A DNA stretch of 64,000 nucleotides, taken from NCBI GenBank assembly GCA_046345155.1, contig JBKDKI010000003.1:2026-66025 (forward strand), given 5' to 3'. Position 1 is the stretch's first letter, and each line of letters begins with the position of its first letter. Made by a program: the position numbers and the translations under genes. The stretch is from Sphingobacteriaceae bacterium (GTDB lineage: Bacteria; Bacteroidota; Bacteroidia; B-17B0; Aurantibacillaceae). The notes beneath the pieces were generated by a model. That model had not been told where the DNA came from and made no database searches. It saw nothing but the letters and a program-made list of their open reading frames with translations. Below are positions 9,500 through 16,188 of the stretch, piece after piece.

Positions 9500-9540
9500 A
9501 ATTCTGGTGGTCATTTGTAAAATGGCCACCGGAATTTCTA
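9500..9540 (+). terminator. Intrinsic terminator-like hairpin
   Basis: aattctggtggtcattt-gta-aaatggccaccggaatt; the stem pairs with G-U wobbles on the + strand and lies 20 bp after the 9479 stop. Confidence 0.7.
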
Positions 9541-9687
9541 TTGTCTAAACTTTTGGGAGGAAATATTTACAAACTTAATAAAGTGATATTCATTTTGACT
9601 TGTGCAAGGTTATACATGAAGGGTACGTGGCTTTCTTTTTATGCCGTCACAACCTTTCTAAAAGTAATTACTGGTGATATAAATATA

Positions 9688-9858
9688 TAGCTGATGACCT
9701 TAGCTGAAATATTTCGACTATTGCTAAACGCTGCTGAAACTAGCTTAACATTGCTGAAAAGGGATGAGCATTGCTTACAATTGCTGAACAGCGCTGATGC
9801 AGTAAGCAAAGGTAAGCATGCAATTTTGAAATGGCCTGCTGAATATAGCTTAGCCGAT
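9688..9858. repeat. Array of TGCT(G/T)AA-type motifs in strict 10-bp phase
   Basis: GCT cores at 9703, 9723, 9733, 9743, 9753, 9773, 9783 and 9793, all in one register. Inverted copies (TAAGCA) at 9803 and 9813. Further copies at 9690, 9838 and 9848. Confidence 0.8.
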
Positions 9859-9944
9859 GAAAAAGGGATTATTCAACTTAATAATGAATTGTGCTTTAAT
9901 ATAGGTGTAATGAGGCAATTTTAATTTTTGAAGACATCTTAGAG

Positions 9945-10283
9945 TTAACCTTCAATAACGGTTAGCGCAACTGTTAAATCAATGTTTGCTATGCCACCTA
10001 CCAATATGTATTCGCTAGTTGGATCAATGTTTTCACGGTAGTTAAATTGGGTAATGCTTCCCGTTAAAATAACTTCCTTTTTCAGTAAATTTTGGCTTTC
10101 TGGATCTTTGTGTAATTTCTTAAAGTGAAACTGAACTATTGCTGGTTTATTAGGGTCTGGCTCTATGGCTGCTTCAATAATAAAATTAGCAGTTCTTGGA
10201 TTTATGTTAACCGGTATTGCGAGGGTAAATTCCTTGTTTTTCTTTAGTGACAGTTGTTTTCTTTGAAGTATGAATTTTTCCAT
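9945..10283 (-). CDS. Hypothetical protein (112 aa, predicted beta-rich)
   Basis: Clean ORF 30 bp downstream of the XRE gene on the same strand. Alternating hydrophobic pattern. Confidence 0.65.
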   Translation of the reverse strand: MEKFILQRKQLSLKKNKEFTLAIPVNINPRTANFIIEAAIEPDPNKPAIVQFHFKKLHKDPESQNLLKKEVILTGSITQFNYRENIDPTSEYILVGGIANIDLTVALTVIEG

Positions 10284-10313
10284 TTGCTTTAGAAGCTTGT
10301 TTTTGAGAAATTA

Positions 10314-10529
10314 TTATAGATCCATTAATTCTCCAGATGAAACCTTAAGAGCTCTTGCAACTTCATGCACAAAAAATGCGGTAGGTGTAAAAGTACCTGA
10401 CTCTAATCTACAGATACTGTGTTTGGACTTCCCAATAAGCTTACCTAATGCAACCTGGGTCATCTCTTTTTCTTCTCTCACTTTTGTTATTCTTTTGGCC
10501 AGTTTTTTAGTGAAAACATCTTTTTCCAT
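10314..10529 (-). CDS. XRE/Cro-CI family HTH transcriptional regulator
   Basis: LAKRITKVREEKEMTQVALGKLIGKSKHSICRLESGTFTPT is a classic HTH_3 pattern. Confidence 0.92.
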   Translation of the reverse strand: MEKDVFTKKLAKRITKVREEKEMTQVALGKLIGKSKHSICRLESGTFTPTAFFVHEVARALKVSSGELMDL

Positions 10530-10568
10530 GCATCAATATTACTCATTTTAATAAATTGTTCAAAATTG

Positions 10569-10590
10569 AAGTTGACATATATGTCAACTT
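10569..10590. promoter_or_regulatory. Perfect 22-bp palindrome; candidate XRE operator
   Basis: AAGTTGACATATATGTCAACTT equals its own reverse complement. It lies in the 94-bp divergent gap, just upstream of the -7 box TACATTTG (10604-10611). Confidence 0.75.
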
Positions 10591-10623
10591 TCAGATAGAA
10601 TATGTACATTTGTAAGTAAAAGT

Positions 10624-11289
10624 ATGATACGAGTTTCTGAACATAAACTTTACAGCAATAGAAAATTCACAGGCTTCCTACCAGATCCTCATTTTCCGCC
10701 AGACTTGGAATTGGAAATTAATATCACAGATATTGATTTGGGTGATCCGGATCTGGAAATTGATGGACGTGTATGTTTTACTCACTTGTTACCAGGTGAG
10801 CAAAAAGTGAATATAAATTTTGCCATTAATAAGTTAGACCTTATTAATAATTCATTATTCTTTACAATTAATACAGGTGATTTGGTTTGTAGGGTTTTAA
10901 CGGTCCTTAACTTTAAATTACCATCAGGTATAAATCCTCACATTAAGCATAAGCTTATAGGTTTAACTACTCACTCTAGACAAAACCACTCTAGGCAAAT
11001 TCGCTCTAGCTTAAATTGTAAAGATCCCCTTGATTTTGTTCAAAATTTAAGGGCGCTAAACCCTCAAAATTTCCTTCAACTCATTTCACGAGACTTACAT
11101 GCTCTGGAGGCCACGATTGACGGGGGCTCCCAGCAGGTATTTAAAAAGTGGGCAATTGCCGACCAAATCATCCGTTTGGCGGGTTACAGTTTGATCCCCT
11201 CAAAATATGTGGATTGGGCAGTAGAAAGGTACTTTTTAGAATATGCGAAAACAAAAGAACGATTAGGAATTAATGACATAATAATATGA
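10624..11289 (+). CDS. Hypothetical protein (221 aa)
   Basis: Long ORF behind a -7 promoter box, with ATGA overlap to the next gene. No family recognised. Confidence 0.7.
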   Translation: MIRVSEHKLYSNRKFTGFLPDPHFPPDLELEINITDIDLGDPDLEIDGRVCFTHLLPGEQKVNINFAINKLDLINNSLFFTINTGDLVCRVLTVLNFKLPSGINPHIKHKLIGLTTHSRQNHSRQIRSSLNCKDPLDFVQNLRALNPQNFLQLISRDLHALEATIDGGSQQVFKKWAIADQIIRLAGYSLIPSKYVDWAVERYFLEYAKTKERLGINDIII

Positions 11290-11879
11290 GCTGGAAGTTA
11301 TTTAACGAAATATATGAAAGGAAAAGGGAGGAGTTTATAGCCTTCGATACCACCTTGAGCGAGCATGAAGTTGATCTAAAATCCTATCACAGTTTATTTT
11401 CAAAGGCCTTTGAAGCTTCCTATAACAAATTTGTAAGTGGAAATAGGGCGGCAGTAGATGCCTTAAATAACAATTTTGTTATAGATTTTGAATCATGTGA
11501 AACCCTTGAAGACAATTCCGGTTATGTGGTTTTCTGGGTTCAGCCAATAAATCCAACTTCTTATTACACTAAAATCTCACCCAAAGAAATTCTAATTGAA
11601 GGGATTATGTTTGAGGTTCGCTGGTTTCTTGGAAAGCAAATTGTAAGTGGCGTTGAAAATCCAGTATTCAAATACGAAATATGTGGATGGTTTCATCCCA
11701 ATAAGTGGCGTGGCAGAAATCAATTGAATTATTCTCCTGTTGGGAAAACCACTTTCGCTGGTTTTGATCGAATTGTTAGTGAAAAGTATGAACTAAGTGA
11801 TAGAGGCATCACTCGTGCCATGAATCAGGATTTTGATTGTCATTTTTATAGATGCCTCTCCTTCTACTTTATCAAGTAA
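11286..11879 (+). CDS. Hypothetical protein (197 aa)
   Basis: ATGA-coupled to the upstream ORF. Rich in aromatic residues. No family recognised. Confidence 0.7.
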   Translation: MSWKLFNEIYERKREEFIAFDTTLSEHEVDLKSYHSLFSKAFEASYNKFVSGNRAAVDALNNNFVIDFESCETLEDNSGYVVFWVQPINPTSYYTKISPKEILIEGIMFEVRWFLGKQIVSGVENPVFKYEICGWFHPNKWRGRNQLNYSPVGKTTFAGFDRIVSEKYELSDRGITRAMNQDFDCHFYRCLSFYFIK

Positions 11880-11906
11880 GCTAGAAGAATTTACAAGGGA
11901 TTTAAA

Positions 11907-12245
11907 ATGAAAGAAACAAAGTATAATAGCAAAGAAATTGAAGATAAGTATAATCTTATTTCTATTAATGAGCTTATGACTTTGTTGGGTTATACAGATA
12001 AACGATCAGTTAGGAATTGGTGTGAAAAGAAGCGCATACCGATTATAGAACTGGGAAAAAACGAATACGTCAATAGAACGAACATTACGGAGTTGATCCA
12101 AAGCCAGCTACCTATAAAGGGTAGCAGACCACCAGCTGACAGAGATACACCGGGTTCAGGTTCTAATACGGAAGTGAAATATGTTCCTGAAAGCAAAATC
12201 GTAGCCAAATATTTAGCCAAGTATGAGAGAAAGAACAAAACTTAG
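11907..12245 (+). CDS. Excisionase-like (MerR/HTH_17-type) DNA-binding protein
   Basis: LISINELMTLLGYTDKRSVRNWCEKKRIP winged-HTH pattern. Overlaps the integrase start by 23 nt. Confidence 0.7.
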   Translation: MKETKYNSKEIEDKYNLISINELMTLLGYTDKRSVRNWCEKKRIPIIELGKNEYVNRTNITELIQSQLPIKGSRPPADRDTPGSGSNTEVKYVPESKIVAKYLAKYERKNKT

Positions 12246-13545
12246 TTTGCCGAAAAAACAGCGGCCAAAGGGCTTGTTCTTGTATTGTAATGGTTGTAAG
12301 CACTACTATTCCAATGATAAAGAAGGTATTTGTAGATGTGGTAACTTGGTATATAAGGCTCGAATCCATGTGCCCGGTACCAATCATGGTATTAAAATAA
12401 AAGTCTTTGGCACAAAAATCTTTCGGGATGTGCTCAATCAGTTTTACGAATTCAAAGAGAAGCTGGAGTCAAACTGCTATCAGAGCGTACCCATTAAAAG
12501 AAATGAAAATACCCCGATCAGACTAATTGATTGCTTTGCTTATTACATGGGTTATCTCAATAATGTAGATGTTCCAAAGCACAAACAAAAAAACCGTGAT
12601 AAAAAGTATATCGCCAAATACGATTTGCTTTTTGAGCAGTACAAAGATGCACTTGAATTAAACGGAGTAAACTGTGAAATATTAAAGTTCAAAGAGGTGA
12701 ATGATGATATGGTTGGTTTTGTACATGAGTATTTTTTAAAAAACAAAGCTCTTGCCAATAAAACTTACAATAATAATATGGCATTGCTTAGTGCGTTTAC
12801 CTCACATGTGATCAATAAATTTAAGTTAGAGTACCAAAACCCCTTTCTTGGTATTCCTGAAATGATTGTTACACCTAAGGTAAAGGCGATAGGAGAAAGT
12901 GAATTCTCAAAACTGCTAAATTTAATTACTCCGGAAAATGGAATCCAATTAAAAACACTACGCTCACGAAAAAATGTCAAAAAAACCAATCACTATAAGC
13001 CTTGGTTGCGATTTGCTTTTAAACTCGGTTTATATACTGGAGGAAGAAGCGAGGATATTGTAGAGTTAAAATGGTCAAGCATCCGTCTTCAGGAAGATGG
13101 CAAATTTGATACACTTGAAACCATAGACCATAAAATTGACAGTGCGAATAGTCACAGGATAAGTGAAACAGATCGCTTAACAAAATTCTTTGCCATTACA
13201 AAGGAACTAGGTGATCTTTTAATGGAGATGGGTTATGAAAAATATAAAAAGACAGACAAATATATATTAGCTCCTGAGGATGGATTAAAGCGATCGAACG
13301 TTGCCGGAATTATCAGCAGGTCATTCTCACATTATTATGCTCAGTTAAATACCGGAAAAGTTATTACGTTTAGGAATTTGAGAAAAACATTTATGACAAG
13401 TGCATATAAAGAATTTGGTTTAGCTTCAACGGCGCTTACCAATCATAAGAATCCATCAATGACAAATAAACATTATTATGATAAAGAAGTAACGCGAGAT
13501 GATGCGAAAGAAAATTTTTCGGTCTTCAAAAAGAAAATTATTTAA
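12223..13545 (+). CDS. Tyrosine recombinase/integrase
   Basis: SAM-like core (LANKTYNNNMALLSAF) and catalytic R (LYTGGRSEDIVELKW). Box II variant TFRNLRKTF, then LTNHKNPSMTNKHYY (H...Y). Ends 100 bp from the ssrA 3' end. Confidence 0.93.
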   Translation: MRERTKLSLPKKQRPKGLFLYCNGCKHYYSNDKEGICRCGNLVYKARIHVPGTNHGIKIKVFGTKIFRDVLNQFYEFKEKLESNCYQSVPIKRNENTPIRLIDCFAYYMGYLNNVDVPKHKQKNRDKKYIAKYDLLFEQYKDALELNGVNCEILKFKEVNDDMVGFVHEYFLKNKALANKTYNNNMALLSAFTSHVINKFKLEYQNPFLGIPEMIVTPKVKAIGESEFSKLLNLITPENGIQLKTLRSRKNVKKTNHYKPWLRFAFKLGLYTGGRSEDIVELKWSSIRLQEDGKFDTLETIDHKIDSANSHRISETDRLTKFFAITKELGDLLMEMGYEKYKKTDKYILAPEDGLKRSNVAGIISRSFSHYYAQLNTGKVITFRNLRKTFMTSAYKEFGLASTALTNHKNPSMTNKHYYDKEVTRDDAKENFSVFKKKII

Positions 13546-13548
13546 CAA

Positions 13549-13574
13549 ATTTCCGTACTCCATTTCCGTACTCC
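13549..13574. repeat. 13-bp tandem direct repeat ATTTCCGTACTCC x2 (candidate integrase arm sites)
   Basis: Exact copies at 13549-13561 and 13562-13574, between the integrase stop and ssrA. Confidence 0.75.
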
Positions 13575-13603
13575 AAGGCAAAAAATGAAACTCTCAAAAA
13601 TGA

Positions 13604-13638
13604 AAAAACCCCTGATAGCAAGGCTTTCAGGGGTTTTT
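13604..13638. terminator. Inverted repeat downstream of ssrA (terminator and/or att-associated symmetry element)
   Basis: aaaaacccctga-tagcaaggctt-tcaggggttttt, 7 bp from the tmRNA 3' end, with A/T tracts on both sides. Confidence 0.65.
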
Positions 13639-13645
13639 AGTTGAG

Positions 13646-14010
13646 TGGACCCGGAGAGATTCGAACTCTCGTCCAAATAAGGAAAAAATAAGCTTTCTAC
13701 ACGTTTAGTATTAACTTGATTTTCGATCGAAGCCAGGCGTTAATTCATACCAAACTTCAACTTAGTTACTTGTATTGTTTTTGCACGTAACACTTCAAAA
13801 ACAAACTGCACATTTATGATGCATCATCCAAGGCGCGGAGCAGTTTAGCTCCCTGGGATGCAAAGGTTGCTAAATCCTAGATTAAGCAGCCATAGCGTAA
13901 GAATTCTCTTCGCCAAATAAAGTTTTGAAAGTTCAGTTTAAAGAGCTCGTCTTACAACGCTCTACATGCTTACCTATTTGATGCGCTTACTGTCAAAACC
14001 GGTCGGACCC
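13646..14010 (-). ncRNA. ssrA: tmRNA
   Basis: 5' end GGGUCCGACCGGUUUUGACAG. 3' T-arm/acceptor GACGAGAGUUCGAAUCUCUCCGGGUCCA with G3-U70 Ala determinant. Tag ORF 13914-13882 encodes (A)GEENSYAMAA*. Confidence 0.97.
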
Positions 14011-14034
14011 AATTGGAAGTTAGATTTTAGAATT

Positions 14035-14060
14035 ACCCTTCGACTCCGCTCAGGGTGACA
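14035..14060. repeat. Bacteroidota REP-like / Flavo-1-like short element
   Basis: The minus strand reads TGTCACCCTGAGCGGAGTCGAAGGGT, matching from memory the GTCA(C/T)CCTGAGC..GTCGAAGG repeat of Bacteroidota. Confidence 0.6.
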
Positions 14061-14071
14061 TTGAGTTGAAT

Positions 14072-14103
14072 CAAAAGTATTTATACATCCTATTTCCTTC
14101 AAA
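14072..14103 (-). promoter_or_regulatory. ssrA promoter (-33 TTTG / -7 TACTTTTG)
   Basis: Minus-strand TTTG (14103-14100), 20-nt spacer, TACTTTTG (14079-14072). Confidence 0.6.
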
Positions 14104-14178
14104 GAACATAACAAAGGTACAACATTTTAAGGGGATTTGGAGGTTTTTAATTAAATTTAACCATCAATTCATCTGATC

Positions 14179-14700
14179 ATGAAAAACGTTTTATTCCTAT
14201 TAGCACTTGCATTTGGTATTCAATTGCAGGCTCAAACAGTTAAATCAAAAGCACTTAAGCTTAAATACACTACACCGGCCGGATGGGCCGTAAGTGAAGC
14301 CGGCGGAAAAGATTCGTGGGATCAATCCGGAAATGATCTGTGCCCATGCTCTAGTTTGCATTTTACAAAAGATAATAAAGATGGGAAATTGAATGTACTT
14401 GTTTATCCAACTACCGTTAACGGATTAGATTCTGCTAAACGCAACATGGTTGGTAAACAAAAATTTGTAGATGTAGAGAAATATGATAAAACACGCAATA
14501 AGAATTTTTCTTTCGAAAAGCGCCGTTCAAACTTTACGCATATTAAAACAAATGCCAAATCATATGAGGTTATTCGTTACAAGGCTAAAGTTGATGATCA
14601 TTATTACCTGATCTATACATGGCAGGAAAACATGCGCATGATGAGTCCTGATACCGAGAAAGAATTGTTCGAAGTGATCAATAGCCTTGAGCCGCTTTAA
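14179..14700 (+). CDS. Secreted hypothetical protein
   Basis: Signal peptide MKNVLFLLALAFGIQLQA-Q. LKYTTPAGW is reminiscent of PsbP/DcrB-like folds. Confidence 0.8.
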   Translation: MKNVLFLLALAFGIQLQAQTVKSKALKLKYTTPAGWAVSEAGGKDSWDQSGNDLCPCSSLHFTKDNKDGKLNVLVYPTTVNGLDSAKRNMVGKQKFVDVEKYDKTRNKNFSFEKRRSNFTHIKTNAKSYEVIRYKAKVDDHYYLIYTWQENMRMMSPDTEKELFEVINSLEPL

Positions 14701-16157
14701 TTCTTTTTTTCGATCAACTTATTTACAATTTCCATTTCCAGATCCTTTTTTTGAACAAGATCTTTAAAGCTGTAATTGGTTTCATGATCGGGTATAATGC
14801 CTCTTCCGGTATTGCCTTTGGTATACACGTCATGCAAAAGCCTGAAGGTTGGAATTCTTACCACCGTTTTGGTATTTGGTAATTTGTATTTTGGCGTAAT
14901 AATGGCATTACATCCTTCAATGGTTCCGCCTGTTTCTCTGCCAATGAATGTTGCTCTTCCGGTTTCCTTTAAATACGCGCTTACCACACAACTGGCACTA
15001 AAACTTCCTCCGTTGGTCAACACAAATATCTTTTTGTTATAATGATGTTTTTTCTTTGGTTTTAGTTTCATTACAAAAACATCCGTATCACCTTTAGTTT
15101 TATGCTTACCATAAATATGAAAATAACCGCGTGTTATCTTTAAAAAAATATTACCGCGTGTGTATTTTCTCATGGGATAATTTTTTATAGTGGTATACGA
15201 AGTTTGTGTTACTTCCTTATCTAACAAATACTTTAGCAATAACTGGCAATTGGTTAAACTTCCGCCTCCGTTATAGCGTAGGTCAATTATCAGGTTTTCG
15301 GTATTGTTCTTTTCCAATTGTTTAAATATGTTCTTATAAGCCTTTGTGAATTTGCGATGCGAAAACGCCTGAATATTCAAATGCATTGTTTTTTTCTCTG
15401 CATCTAAATAGCGGTAGCGCATTTTTGCTTTTTTGTATCTTACAAATAAACTGTCATCCTTGCGCTTTAAATTGTATTCAGGAATATTCAATGTTTTTAA
15501 GGATGGAATTCGCACCGTTTGTAATTGATCATTTTTAATGAATTCATAAGTAATAGTATCAGGGTAGTTCAATAAGGTAAGATAATAGCCGCTGTAGCCA
15601 AGCTGTCCGTATAATTTCTTACTTTCTTTGATATAACCATCAATTGTAATGATGCTTTGAGCAAACCGGTAAAACGAATCGGCCGGTATCCCATTGATTT
15701 TCGTAACAATGGTGCCTTGTTTTAAAAGTGTATCGGTTTTTCTGTTCAATCCACCCAAAACATAAACTTTATCGTCTACAGGTAACAAGTAATATCTGGG
15801 AAAATTAAATTTTGCTTTGCGTACTGCTTTCTGATAATTTTTTGAATAAGAAATATCAGTATGCGCGCAATGTAATTTTTCAATAACCAGCTTTGTGCGT
15901 ATTCTAAATTGTCGCTCGGTTAAGCTGTCGGTAAACGAATTCACATAATCATTAAATAATTGATCGTAAAAGGCTTTTGATTCATAAATGCCTATCACCG
16001 GATGTATTCGAAATATGGCTTCTTTTAATACAAGCGCATCTTTTTTTAACTGAGCCGCGCTGTACTTTTTTGTCAATGCATCTGTTTGAGCATTGGTTTG
16101 GCTTATAGCGGCAAACATCAAAATAAACAACCATATACCGAATAAGCGAAACAACAT
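14697..16157 (-). CDS. S41 family (C-terminal processing/tail-specific) peptidase
   Basis: LIIDLRYNGGGS, VLTNGGSFSAS, FIGRETGG, GRGIIPD motifs. Start reassigned to ATG 16157 (MLFRLFGIWLF... signal peptide). Confidence 0.9.
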   Translation of the reverse strand: MLFRLFGIWLFILMFAAISQTNAQTDALTKKYSAAQLKKDALVLKEAIFRIHPVIGIYESKAFYDQLFNDYVNSFTDSLTERQFRIRTKLVIEKLHCAHTDISYSKNYQKAVRKAKFNFPRYYLLPVDDKVYVLGGLNRKTDTLLKQGTIVTKINGIPADSFYRFAQSIITIDGYIKESKKLYGQLGYSGYYLTLLNYPDTITYEFIKNDQLQTVRIPSLKTLNIPEYNLKRKDDSLFVRYKKAKMRYRYLDAEKKTMHLNIQAFSHRKFTKAYKNIFKQLEKNNTENLIIDLRYNGGGSLTNCQLLLKYLLDKEVTQTSYTTIKNYPMRKYTRGNIFLKITRGYFHIYGKHKTKGDTDVFVMKLKPKKKHHYNKKIFVLTNGGSFSASCVVSAYLKETGRATFIGRETGGTIEGCNAIITPKYKLPNTKTVVRIPTFRLLHDVYTKGNTGRGIIPDHETNYSFKDLVQKKDLEMEIVNKLIEKKN

Positions 16158-16188
16158 AAATGTTATATTTGTAGGATACTTTAAAGAT

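Larger units (their letters stand above)
1..13645. mobile_element. Putative genomic island integrated at the ssrA 3' end (left end outside window or unresolved)
   Basis: Integrase and xis-like gene next to the tmRNA 3' end, XRE switch, orphan ORFs, secretion module. No second att copy found by eye, so the extent is uncertain. Confidence 0.65.

Noticed and set aside
9688-9858. CRISPR array interpretation of the repeats
   Set aside because: The repeats are 7-8 bp with 2-3 bp spacing. There are no 25-40 bp repeats or spacers and no cas genes.
9694-9924. 76-aa ORF on the + strand
   Set aside because: It overlaps the 10-bp phased repeat array (a period not divisible by 3), has no protein-like motif and lies after a terminator. 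Probably incidental.
10270-10551. 93-aa ORF on the + strand
   Set aside because: It is antisense to a convincing XRE HTH gene.
1-13500. Second att copy (ssrA 3' end duplication)
   Set aside because: No match to GTGGACCCGG/GAGAGATTCGAAC was seen by eye, so the left boundary cannot be called.
1157-13545. Filamentous (inovirus) prophage hypothesis from secretin plus integrase
   Set aside because: The ATPase is GspE/PilB-type rather than Zot/pI, PilM/N/O/P-like genes are present, and no rolling-circle Rep or small coat-gene run is recognisable.
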